Shown: positions 37,634 through 46,494, counted from the first letter of the stretch. The stretch is DNA of 60,003 nucleotides from a bacterium (GCA_021846685.1 JAJZWL010000006.1:1-60003); one strand, 5' to 3'. Translations and numbers: made by a program. Notes: generated by a model from the letters alone, not told the origin.

Positions 37634-37859
37634 CTATAACTATAAATAAACCTACTAAAACCCAAATTATTCTTCTAATTAATCTTGATCTCTCTTGAGG
37701 ATTATCAGAATATAATATAAATTGAATTCCAAATGTTATAACTATTAATATCAAAACAGCCTCTACTGTAGTAATCATAACTCCGGCTATATTATTAACA
37801 AATTGTGTAATTCCTGGTATCTGTTGCATAATTTTTTTTTGATTATAATATATAACCAA
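37587..37859 (-). CDS. VirB2/TrbC-like pilin-type small membrane protein
   Basis: 90 aa with two hydrophobic helices separated by the charged loop YSDNPQERSRLIRR. It is the first gene of the cluster. Confidence 0.35.
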   Translation of the reverse strand: MVIYYNQKKIMQQIPGITQFVNNIAGVMITTVEAVLILIVITFGIQFILYSDNPQERSRLIRRIIWVLVGLFIVIGAQNFTTFIHAIVAG

Positions 37860-37931
37860 AAATTACGCATTGCCATGCATGGCAAATTTTATAAAAAACA
37901 CCTTAATACAGGGGATTAATATAGGTAATTT

Positions 37932-38549
37932 TTATAAAGAATTTAGGTGATTTATGAAATTTATAGTAATGATTTTAAATTTTTTTTCATTATTATCATA
38001 CTCAATTTTGTTAATACAACAATTTGATTGATCAATATTATAATATTGATTAATTGGAGCATTATTTATATATGAAATAAGAATTTTATTAGTTCCAGAA
38101 TGCGCTACTATTGCTATATTCCCACCTTTTTTAATATCTAGTAATTCATTTAAAAAATTCATTACTCTTTTTATATGATCATATGTATTTTCTCCTCCAG
38201 GAGGTTTTATATCTTCTCTTTTAAATCCGGCTAATGCTAACTCTGCTCTCTTCTTTTGAATCTCTTCAATTGTAAAATCTTTCCATAATCCTAAATTATT
38301 TTCTCTCAATCTTTCATCTTTTATGGGTTTTTTATTGAGTCTTTCTCCTATAATTAATGCAGTATTATATGCTCTATTAAGATCACTTGAATAAATTGAA
38401 GTAATATTATATTCTTTTAAATATTGTCCTGTTAATTCTGCTTGTTTTATTCCTAAAGGAGTGAGATCAGAATCTTCCTGTCCAGTTATTCTTCTTTCTA
38501 AATTTCTTTCAGTTTGCCCATGTCTTATTAAAAATATATTCGTTTTCAT
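37932..38549 (-). CDS. Histidine phosphatase (phosphoglycerate mutase-like) family protein
   Basis: LIRHGQTERN (RHG motif) and the second histidine in VAHSGT. Confidence 0.85.
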   Translation of the reverse strand: MKTNIFLIRHGQTERNLERRITGQEDSDLTPLGIKQAELTGQYLKEYNITSIYSSDLNRAYNTALIIGERLNKKPIKDERLRENNLGLWKDFTIEEIQKKRAELALAGFKREDIKPPGGENTYDHIKRVMNFLNELLDIKKGGNIAIVAHSGTNKILISYINNAPINQYYNIDQSNCCINKIEYDNNEKKFKIITINFINHLNSL

Positions 38550-38590
38550 TTTTTATAATTATTATGTAACAGAAAATTTATAAATATTTT

Positions 38591-38983
38591 TTAATGAGTA
38601 AATACAGTAAATACTATAAGGGACACAATTCCAGTTAAAATCGATCCCCAAAATATATCTATAATGGTCATATAACATCTCCAATCTTTTAAAGTAGCTA
38701 AATTAGTTAAATCATAAGTTGAATAAGTAATAAATCCAAATAAAAATCCGCCAATAAGAGCAAAATCAAGAGAATTTGTGGTTATAGAAGGATTTAATAC
38801 AAAAAATACTAAACCAATTATATATATAATATGAAGTATTGTTAGAGGAATGAAATCAGGTTTACTTTTTAATAACTTTATTTGTTCTTTTTTATAAATT
38901 TTTTTAGATAGAAAAGAAGTCCAGAAAAGATTAGCTATTATAAATATAATTATCGCTAATAAAAATTCATATACAACATTCAT
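38591..38983 (-). CDS. Small integral membrane protein (4 TM)
   Basis: 130 aa and hydrophobic, with no catalytic motif. Confidence 0.5.
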   Translation of the reverse strand: MNVVYEFLLAIIIFIIANLFWTSFLSKKIYKKEQIKLLKSKPDFIPLTILHIIYIIGLVFFVLNPSITTNSLDFALIGGFLFGFITYSTYDLTNLATLKDWRCYMTIIDIFWGSILTGIVSLIVFTVFTH

Positions 38984-39027
38984 CTTGTTTTAATTTTACC
39001 ATATTATAAATAAAATAAGAATGTAAT

Positions 39028-39327
39028 TTATTCTTTTAAATTTTCACCCCACACTCGAAGATCATTTAATATATTTTCTAATGATTTTCCTTTTTCCGTA
39101 ATGGAATATTCAACATGGAGAGGTATCTCTTTATAGATTTTTTTAGTTATAATTCCATTTTTTTCTAAATCTTTTAATCTTAAAGATAAAGTTTTAGGTG
39201 AAATACATGATAAAGAAGTTTCTAATTCTCCAAATCTTTTTTTATCCTCAAGAAGATCTCTAATAATAAGAACTGTCCATTTATCTCCAATTATTTTTAA
39301 TGTCTTTTCTATTCCGCAATTAGTCAT
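39028..39327 (-). CDS. HxlR-family winged-helix transcriptional regulator
   Basis: CGIEKTLKIIGDKWTVLIIRDLL..KRFGEL...ISPKTLSLRLKDLEKNGII is the canonical HxlR/DUF24 pattern, including the N-terminal redox Cys. Confidence 0.85.
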   Translation of the reverse strand: MTNCGIEKTLKIIGDKWTVLIIRDLLEDKKRFGELETSLSCISPKTLSLRLKDLEKNGIITKKIYKEIPLHVEYSITEKGKSLENILNDLRVWGENLKE

Positions 39328-39379
39328 ATAACATATTATATCATATTAAAAGCATTATATATACTATACTTTTAATAAT

Positions 39380-39398
39380 TACTTTACAAAAGAAAGTA
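39380..39398. promoter_or_regulatory. Candidate operator palindrome in the HxlR / FMN-reductase divergent intergenic region
   Basis: TACTTT-N7-AAAGTA (tactttacaaaagaaagta) lies between the divergent genes. HxlR-type regulators such as YodB bind TACT...AGTA-type inverted repeats, but the spacing here differs. Confidence 0.25.
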
Positions 39399-39442
39399 TG
39401 TGTTTTATACTAATAAAAGTTTAATTTAGTAAAAAGAAAAAT

Positions 39443-40024
39443 ATGATAAATATAAAAATAATTTTAGGATCTACTAGAGACTCCAGATTTGGAAATAAGA
39501 TAGCTGATTGGGTTTTAACTGAATCAGATAAAAATAATAATATAAAATCTGAATTAATTGATCTTAAAGATTATGATATTCCTTTTTTCAATCTTGCCTC
39601 AAGTCCTGGTTATATGGAAGACCCAGGTTATTCTGACAACTTAAAAAAACTATCAGAGAAACTTAGTGAATCAGATGGGTTTATATTTGTAATGCCTGAA
39701 TATAATCATGGATATACTGGGGTTTTAAAAAATATGATAGATACGTTTTATAATGAATGGAAACTAAAACCTGCTACATTTGTTTCCTACGGAGGAATAT
39801 CTGGTGGAATTAGAGCAGTAGAGCAATTAAGACTAGTATTAATTGAATTACAAATGGTGCCTATAAGATCATCTGTTCATATACCTTTTATATTCAATCA
39901 ATTTAGTGAAGAAGGTTTATTAAAAGAAGAAACAAAAGAAGCTTCTAATATTGAACTGATGATAAACGATTTAGAGTGGTGGGCAAATACATTAAAATTA
40001 CCTAGAGAACAAAAATTGAAATAA
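39443..40024 (+). CDS. NAD(P)H-dependent FMN reductase-family oxidoreductase
   Basis: ILGSTRDSRFG and PEYNHGYTGVLKN match the flavodoxin-like NADPH-dependent FMN reductase pattern. It is divergent from the HxlR regulator. Confidence 0.8.
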   Translation: MINIKIILGSTRDSRFGNKIADWVLTESDKNNNIKSELIDLKDYDIPFFNLASSPGYMEDPGYSDNLKKLSEKLSESDGFIFVMPEYNHGYTGVLKNMIDTFYNEWKLKPATFVSYGGISGGIRAVEQLRLVLIELQMVPIRSSVHIPFIFNQFSEEGLLKEETKEASNIELMINDLEWWANTLKLPREQKLK

Positions 40025-40050
40025 TTCAAAATTAATAGTAATATAAAAAT

Positions 40051-40503
40051 ATGTATAAAAAAATAAAAAATCTAATAACAATTGATGAAGTTTATGCTCA
40101 CTGTGATGTGCCATGTGGATTATATGATCCTCAAGCTGCACTCATGGCTGCTAATACAGTAAGAGTTATGGTAAAACAAATAAGAGATATAGAAAAATCT
40201 GACCAATACCTAGCAACTCCTGCTAGTATTCAAATACAAAATGACTTGACCAGAAGAATTTTGACAAAAGAACAACATGCTGAATTATGTAAAAAAGAAG
40301 TATTAATACTTTGGACTGATTATTTTAAAGAAGAAGATTTATCAACAGTACCTAATTTACATGAAGAAATATGGAAAACTGTTAAATTATGCTCCTACAA
40401 CAAACAAAATGTGGATGCTGAAAAAGCAGAAGAGTTATACTCTCAAGTAGAACTTATTGCTGATATGTTTAATAAAGTTGTTGAACAAAGAAAATCAAAA
40501 TAA
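40051..40503 (+). CDS. sodN: Nickel superoxide dismutase precursor
   Basis: A 16-aa leader is followed by HCDVPCGLYDP, which is the Ni-hook motif (canonical HCDLPCGVYDP). The ~150-aa size fits a four-helix-bundle protein. Confidence 0.9.
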   Translation: MYKKIKNLITIDEVYAHCDVPCGLYDPQAALMAANTVRVMVKQIRDIEKSDQYLATPASIQIQNDLTRRILTKEQHAELCKKEVLILWTDYFKEEDLSTVPNLHEEIWKTVKLCSYNKQNVDAEKAEELYSQVELIADMFNKVVEQRKSK

Positions 40504-40795
40504 GAAAATTTTATTCAAAATACTAAAAGTTAAAGGAGATAGTATGTCTCCTTTAATTAATAATAATGAATTTATAGTTGTCAGTATAATTCCATATCTA
40601 TTACAGAAACCTACAATAAATGATATTGTTGTACTCATACACCCTTCTAAAAATATAAAAATTATAAAAAGAATTTCTCAAATAAATAAAAAGAAATATT
40701 TTGTAATTGGAGATAATAGCGAAAATAGCACAGATAGTAGAAATTTTGGATTTATAAGTCATGATCTAATACTTGCAAAAGTATTATTTAGATAA
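40457..40795 (+). CDS. sodX: S26-type peptidase, NiSOD maturation protease
   Basis: GDSMSPLI (Ser nucleophile), IKRISQI (general-base Lys) and GDNSENSTDSRNFG are signal-peptidase-family boxes. It lies immediately downstream of sodN. The start is uncertain; the ATG at 40457 overlaps sodN by 47 nt. Confidence 0.75.
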   Translation: MLICLIKLLNKENQNKKILFKILKVKGDSMSPLINNNEFIVVSIIPYLLQKPTINDIVVLIHPSKNIKIIKRISQINKKKYFVIGDNSENSTDSRNFGFISHDLILAKVLFR

Positions 40796-41023
40796 TAACT
40801 GATATTCTATATTATGTAAGTATATAAGTATAATCGATTTTAAATCTATTTTTTCGTGTAACATATACATTAATGAGTTAGGAACTTGTTAATGTAGAGA
40901 ATCTCTTGTATGTACTAATAATTGGATGATTTATTTAAATTTTTTATCATATTTACTCATTTGTATTTTTTGATACTTTAGAATAATATATTATATTAAG
41001 TTTCTAATTCATATAATATATTA

Positions 41024-41983
41024 ATGACAAAAATACTCTATTATTGTGGTCATGAACAATTTCAACCAGAAGAATTAGTAAAACATGCAGTTTTAGCAGA
41101 AAAGTATGGATTTGATGGAATACTAATATCAGAACATTTTCATCCCTGGGTAGCAGATAAAGGATCTGCTGGTTTTACATTTTCTACTCTTGGAGCTATT
41201 GCAGTATCTACTAAAACAATTGAACTTGTCACTGGAGTAGTAACACCTTTATTTAGATATCATCCAGCAATCATAGCTCAGGCTTCAGCTACTATTGATA
41301 GATTATCTAAAGGGAGATTCACCCTGGGAGTAGGCAATGGAGAGTCTATAAATGAAACTCCGCTGGGTATAAATTTTCCACCATACAAAGAAAGATCAGA
41401 AAGAATGATTGAAGCTTTAGAAATAATGAAAAGATTATTTTCAGGAGAAAAATTAACATATGAAGGTAAATACTATACATTAAAAAATGCAAAACTATAT
41501 TCTCCTCCCGTATCAGATATATCAATACTACTTGCAGCTTCAGGAGAAAAATCAATCTCTATTGCTAATCAATATGCAGATGGATTGATTACAAGTGTAA
41601 AAGATATTAATGAAATAAAATATAAGATAGAAAATACAAAAAAACTAAATAAAATTGTTCTTTCAACTATGTGGACAATTTATGCAAAGAATCAAATCGA
41701 AGCTTGGGATGCTTTACTTCCTTGGAGAGGACTACGAGTCCCTTCACGAGATATTGCTACTGACCCAGAAGAATTACAGAAAGAGGCAGATTTAATGAAT
41801 AAAGACGATATAATTAGTAAATATAAAATTGTATCATCTCCTCAAGAATATATAAATGCCTATTCACCTTTGATAACTGAACTACATTCTGATTATATAG
41901 GAATTCAAACTACTGGGAAAAATCAAGAAAATATTATAAGAATGCTAGGAGAAGAGGTTTTGCCTTATCTTAAATCTCTTTAG
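41024..41983 (+). CDS. LLM-class (luciferase-like) flavin/F420-dependent oxidoreductase, FGD-like subgroup
   Basis: GHEQFQPEELVKHAVLAEKYGFDGILISEHFHPW, RYHPAIIAQASATIDRLSKGRFTLGVGNGESINE and the FPPYKERSERMIEALEI region. Confidence 0.8.
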   Translation: MTKILYYCGHEQFQPEELVKHAVLAEKYGFDGILISEHFHPWVADKGSAGFTFSTLGAIAVSTKTIELVTGVVTPLFRYHPAIIAQASATIDRLSKGRFTLGVGNGESINETPLGINFPPYKERSERMIEALEIMKRLFSGEKLTYEGKYYTLKNAKLYSPPVSDISILLAASGEKSISIANQYADGLITSVKDINEIKYKIENTKKLNKIVLSTMWTIYAKNQIEAWDALLPWRGLRVPSRDIATDPEELQKEADLMNKDDIISKYKIVSSPQEYINAYSPLITELHSDYIGIQTTGKNQENIIRMLGEEVLPYLKSL

Positions 41984-42047
41984 GCCATTTAACTATTTTT
42001 TAATAATTATTGGTATAATATATATATTAATCTTATACAAATTTATT

Positions 42048-42914
42048 ATGAAAGCAGCTCTACACATTCCAAGATTTAATTATGGAACTTCTGATTCAGA
42101 TATATCAGAGAATTTAAAAAATATAGTACAAAAAGCCGAAGAGGTTGGATTTGAGAGATTATCTGTAATGGATCATTATTTTCAAATACAAGGAGTAGGA
42201 GAATATAAAGATCCTATGATGGAGGCATATACCACTCTTGGGTTTATTGCAGCAAATACAAAAAAAATTAAAATAGGAACATTGGTAACTGGAGTTACAT
42301 ATAGAAATCCGGCTTTTCTAGTAAAACAAGTTACAGCTCTTGACGTATTATCACAAGGAAGGGCATTTTTAGGAATAGGTGCTGCCTGGAATGAACAGGA
42401 ATCTTTGGCATTAGGATTTAATTTCCCTCCAATTAAAGAAAGATTTGAAAGATTGGAAGAAACTTTACAAATCGTAAAGAAAATGTGGAGTGGAGATAGT
42501 ACTCCATATAAAGGAGAATATTATTCTCTTCAAGAACCATTTAATAGTCCTCAAGTATTAACAAAGCCTCATCCTGAGATTTTAATCGGAGGAAGTGGAG
42601 AACAAAAAACATTAAAATTAGTTGCTAAATATGCAGATTCATGTAATCTTTTTGCAGCAGAACAAGATATCATCAAACATAAATTAGAAGTTTTAAAAAA
42701 TCATTGTGATGATTTAGGAAGAGACTATTCTTCTATACATAAAACTGCATTAGCAAGAATAGATTTATCCAATTTAAATAAATTTGTAGAAGATGCAAAA
42801 ATACTATCAGAATTAGGAATAGATGAAATGTTTTTTATGGTTCCTGAAGCTGAAAAACTAAATAATTTAGAAAAGATTGGGGAAAAAGTAATAGTAAAAA
42901 TATCAGAACAATAA
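42048..42914 (+). CDS. LLM-class (luciferase-like) flavin/F420-dependent oxidoreductase
   Basis: VMDHYFQ, TYRNPAFLVKQVTALDVLSQGRAFLGIGAAWNEQE, FPPIKERFERLEETLQIV and ILIGGSGEQKTLKLVAKYADSCN. Confidence 0.8.
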   Translation: MKAALHIPRFNYGTSDSDISENLKNIVQKAEEVGFERLSVMDHYFQIQGVGEYKDPMMEAYTTLGFIAANTKKIKIGTLVTGVTYRNPAFLVKQVTALDVLSQGRAFLGIGAAWNEQESLALGFNFPPIKERFERLEETLQIVKKMWSGDSTPYKGEYYSLQEPFNSPQVLTKPHPEILIGGSGEQKTLKLVAKYADSCNLFAAEQDIIKHKLEVLKNHCDDLGRDYSSIHKTALARIDLSNLNKFVEDAKILSELGIDEMFFMVPEAEKLNNLEKIGEKVIVKISEQ

Positions 42915-43342
42915 TTTTTATATCAATTTTTGTTAGATAAACATCTATAAATTCTCACCATACTAATTAATGACAACATATCTTATTTTTTAATTTCTAC
43001 TAAAGAATACTGTTATTTATAGATGCATCAGAAAAATGGCCCTGTCTATAAATTAAATGATGAGTTTTCTACACTATGCTATATCTATTTACTTAAAGAT
43101 AAAACAATTATCATTAATTTATTAATAAAAAAGTTAAAACTGGAATAAGAATATTCTTCCAGTTATACTGTCTTTAATTACAATAACCTCTATCATCCAA
43201 TCTCTTTATATCAACTTTATTATCGTATGATAGCATTTCTTTGTGCTTTTTGATGAATGAGTTACATACATACAAGGAGACTTTGGATATAAACTCATTC
43301 AATAATTTGATATTTTCTTAAAATTAAATTAAAATAACAAAA

Positions 43343-44914
43343 ATGCAAATATACTCTTTTTTTAAAACTCATAAATATAAATTTCTATTTTATTTAATAT
43401 CTATAATAATTATAATAGTTTTAGGATTAATATATTGGCATATATCTTCATCATATGTTTTTGACTCTGACAATGCTGCGCCAATACTAGAAGCACACTC
43501 AATATTAAAAGGAAATATAAAATTAAAAGGATGGAATCTTTCTAGTGATAATTTTTATACAATAGATTTACCTTTTTATGTGATAGCAGAATCCATTACA
43601 GGAATAAAAAGTTATCTTCCTGCACTTGTACCGACAATTATCTATATATTAACTATAATATCCGGATTATATTTATCTACTATTAATCTTTTAAAAAAAG
43701 AAAAAATATATTCTTTATTAATAACATTTGGATTAATAGCTACCGCTCCTATTTTTTTTCTCACACAGACCCTAACAGGACCAGACCATGTAGGAACTAT
43801 ATTATTTATATTAATATCCTTTATTTTAATATTTCAAATACTAAAAAAAGGGAAATATTATTATTATGTGATTCCATTTTTCATACTTTCCTTCATGTAT
43901 TTATTTGGAGATCCTTTATCAAGATATATAGGCATAATTCCAATAATAATCTTTTCAATTTTCTTTTATTTTTATGAAGAAACAGAGAATAAAATCTCAT
44001 ATATATTAATAGGAACCAGTTCAATATTGGCGTTAATATTATCTTTCATCATAAGAAATAATGTAATCAAATTAGGTTTTTTCAATTTAGTTAAAATTCC
44101 TAATACATTTGTAAATTTTCCTCAATTAACGACTCATATATATTATTTATTTTACTCACTATTAAAACTACAAGGTGCTTATTTTTTTGGAGAAAGTATA
44201 ACTGCAAAAAGTACATTACTAGATTTATTTAGATTTATAATCTTAATACTAATATTATTTACAATTTATCTTTTTTTTAAAAAAAGTTTTAAAAATCATA
44301 TTGAAATAAAAAATATAGATAAATTAAATTTTTTACTAGTAACTGCTTTTATATTTAATATATTAGCTTTTATACTTGCAGGAATAACTGTAAATGCCTA
44401 TACATCCAGATACTTAATATTTTTACCTATATTAGGAGGATTAATTCTAGCCAGATACCTATCTCCATATATAGTAAAACATAAAATATATACTATTCTT
44501 ACTATTTTAATAGTATTATCTTTGTTTTTTGTACTAATTAAGAAAAGTTATTATATTCATAAACCTTACAATATACCTCAGCAACAAGTAGGGATATTTC
44601 TAGAACAACATAATTTGAAATATGGATATGGATCATATTGGAATTCAGCTACTACAACCTTATATTCTGAAAATAAAGTTAAGGTAAGGCAAGTACTATC
44701 ATATAATAATAAACTGTATCCTTATTTATGGTTATCTAATTATCTATGGTATAAGAAAAACGCAAACTTTGTAATATTTGATAATCAAAAAACAAAGATA
44801 ATTACAAAAAAAATAGCTATTAATTTTTTTGGGAAACCAAATAAAGAATATAAAGTAGATGGATATACAATTCTTACTTGGAATTATAACATCTCTAAAA
44901 AATTTAATTTATAG
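43343..44914 (+). CDS. Polytopic membrane protein, probable GT-C fold glycosyltransferase (ArnT/PMT-like)
   Basis: At least 11 TM helices, an acidic first-loop motif (FDSDNAAP) and a soluble C-terminal ~110-aa domain. The assignment rests on architecture only. Confidence 0.45.
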   Translation: MQIYSFFKTHKYKFLFYLISIIIIIVLGLIYWHISSSYVFDSDNAAPILEAHSILKGNIKLKGWNLSSDNFYTIDLPFYVIAESITGIKSYLPALVPTIIYILTIISGLYLSTINLLKKEKIYSLLITFGLIATAPIFFLTQTLTGPDHVGTILFILISFILIFQILKKGKYYYYVIPFFILSFMYLFGDPLSRYIGIIPIIIFSIFFYFYEETENKISYILIGTSSILALILSFIIRNNVIKLGFFNLVKIPNTFVNFPQLTTHIYYLFYSLLKLQGAYFFGESITAKSTLLDLFRFIILILILFTIYLFFKKSFKNHIEIKNIDKLNFLLVTAFIFNILAFILAGITVNAYTSRYLIFLPILGGLILARYLSPYIVKHKIYTILTILIVLSLFFVLIKKSYYIHKPYNIPQQQVGIFLEQHNLKYGYGSYWNSATTTLYSENKVKVRQVLSYNNKLYPYLWLSNYLWYKKNANFVIFDNQKTKIITKKIAINFFGKPNKEYKVDGYTILTWNYNISKKFNL

Positions 44915-46049
44915 GTTGAGCTTTTCCTTTATTAGCATTAAACCCATAATTATCAGGAGCATAAGAGAAAAAAGTCTCTCTGTTTTGAGTTACAGCTTGA
45001 GGAATAATATTTTCACTAAATGTCACAGCTTTTGGATCTTTTTTTACAGCCGTTCCTATTGCCAAAAATTCTATTAAAGTTCCTCCAATAGAGTTCACAT
45101 ATGTCTTTATATTAATCACTTCATCTGCTCCAATTTCAATTGCCTCATCTTTTATTTTTTGAATAGAACTTTGTCTAGCTTCATAAATAAGTTGAGTTAA
45201 TTGAGAAATTTCACCTTTCACAAAAGATCGTAAAATTGAAGCAAAGTTACCAACAACACCTAAAGAATAAATAGAAGTTCCTATAACCAATTTTTGAGGA
45301 ATATATCCTAATTTAGTAATGTTCCAAATTTCTTCAGCAGAAAGATTAGTTGTAACCGGATTAGAATTACATTCTATTGGCAAATTACTATTGTAAGAGG
45401 CTGTTCCTGTCATTAACATTTCTTCTACTTCAATTTCATAATTCATAGATAGAATCATTGTTTTTATACCAACAATTGCATTTGCACCTGAATCTTTTGA
45501 TTCATTAATTATCCTCTCTAATGCCAAATTTCGTGTTTTAACAAATATATCTGTAAATTGCTTAACCTCACCTTTTACAAAGGACTTAAACCCTCCTGTA
45601 AAATTTTTCATAGCACCAATTGAATATGCTACATTTCCAAAAACAAACTTAGTAGGAATATAATTAGCATCTATCTGAGAATATAATTCTTGTCCTGAAG
45701 ATGAAGATGAGAAAAATTTAATACTATTAGAAGAATTTACCCCGGAACCAATTGATAAAAACTCAATATTCTCTGGATGAAAAATAAGACTACTATCAAC
45801 ACCGGTTATCCCTTGAGCTCCTATTTTTTCTCCTTCTGAAATCATTCTCTCTGTTGCAAGTTTTCTCCCTTCTGCAAAAAGTTCAGTATAACTTACCATT
45901 TCTCCTCCGAAAAATGACTTCATTCCAGATTTTAATCCACCTAATATACCTAATGCATACACACTATTTCCTATAACTATATCATTAGGTGTCAAACCTT
46001 TAAGATTTAAACAATATATTTCATTTGATGATAAACCTGATGCAACCAT
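44904..46049 (-). CDS. Triple tandem YbjQ (DUF74/UPF0145) domain protein
   Basis: Three modules of ~115-125 aa. Each carries G-x-S/V-x-Y-x-x-G...F-x-G-E...ar..A..r...e....GA.....v......GT/SA/GV (for example GNSVYALG..FFGGEMVSY..GAQGITGV..SIGSGV). Confidence 0.75.
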   Translation of the reverse strand: MVASGLSSNEIYCLNLKGLTPNDIVIGNSVYALGILGGLKSGMKSFFGGEMVSYTELFAEGRKLATERMISEGEKIGAQGITGVDSSLIFHPENIEFLSIGSGVNSSNSIKFFSSSSSGQELYSQIDANYIPTKFVFGNVAYSIGAMKNFTGGFKSFVKGEVKQFTDIFVKTRNLALERIINESKDSGANAIVGIKTMILSMNYEIEVEEMLMTGTASYNSNLPIECNSNPVTTNLSAEEIWNITKLGYIPQKLVIGTSIYSLGVVGNFASILRSFVKGEISQLTQLIYEARQSSIQKIKDEAIEIGADEVINIKTYVNSIGGTLIEFLAIGTAVKKDPKAVTFSENIIPQAVTQNRETFFSYAPDNYGFNANKGKAQPIN

Positions 46050-46210
46050 GAGACTATAATAACATACTTTTAATAAGAATTTAATGCAAGAAATTATATA
46101 TCAAATTTATAACCTTCAGTTATTATTGATATATATGCTTTTTTAAACATCCAGTGAAAAAAAATATAATTATGATATAATAAAAATAAGTAAAAAGGGG
46201 GTGAATGAAT

Positions 46211-46471
46211 ATGGGATTAGTAATATATTTAATTGTAGGGTTGATATTAGGAGCTCTTACTACGGTGTTAGTTAAAGAAGCTAAACCGAACTATACAAAA
46301 GATATAGTCTTAGGTTTAGTGGGTGCTATCATCGGAGATTTATTGTCTAAACTTATTTTTAATACATCAGCATTAAGTGCAGTTACAACAAAAGCATTTA
46401 TTACAGTAGTAGTGTTATCAGTAATTGTAATAGCAGTAGGAAGAGCTTTTAAAGGTTCTGAATCTAAATAA
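46211..46471 (+). CDS. GlsB/YeaQ/YmgE-family small membrane protein
   Basis: MGLVIYLIVGLILGAL. I preferred the ATG at 46211, which lies 9 nt after a strong AAGGGGG Shine-Dalgarno, over the ATG at 46205. Confidence 0.75.
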   Translation: MGLVIYLIVGLILGALTTVLVKEAKPNYTKDIVLGLVGAIIGDLLSKLIFNTSALSAVTTKAFITVVVLSVIVIAVGRAFKGSESK

Positions 46472-46494
46472 ATATCTTTATATATTTATTAAAG

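Noticed and set aside
17516-46471. Three GlsB/YeaQ/YmgE-family genes (17516-17767, 28643-28885, 46211-46471) might form a coordinated system.
   Set aside because: They are dispersed, each lies in a different context, and multi-copy occurrence is common for this family. I treated them as ordinary paralogs.
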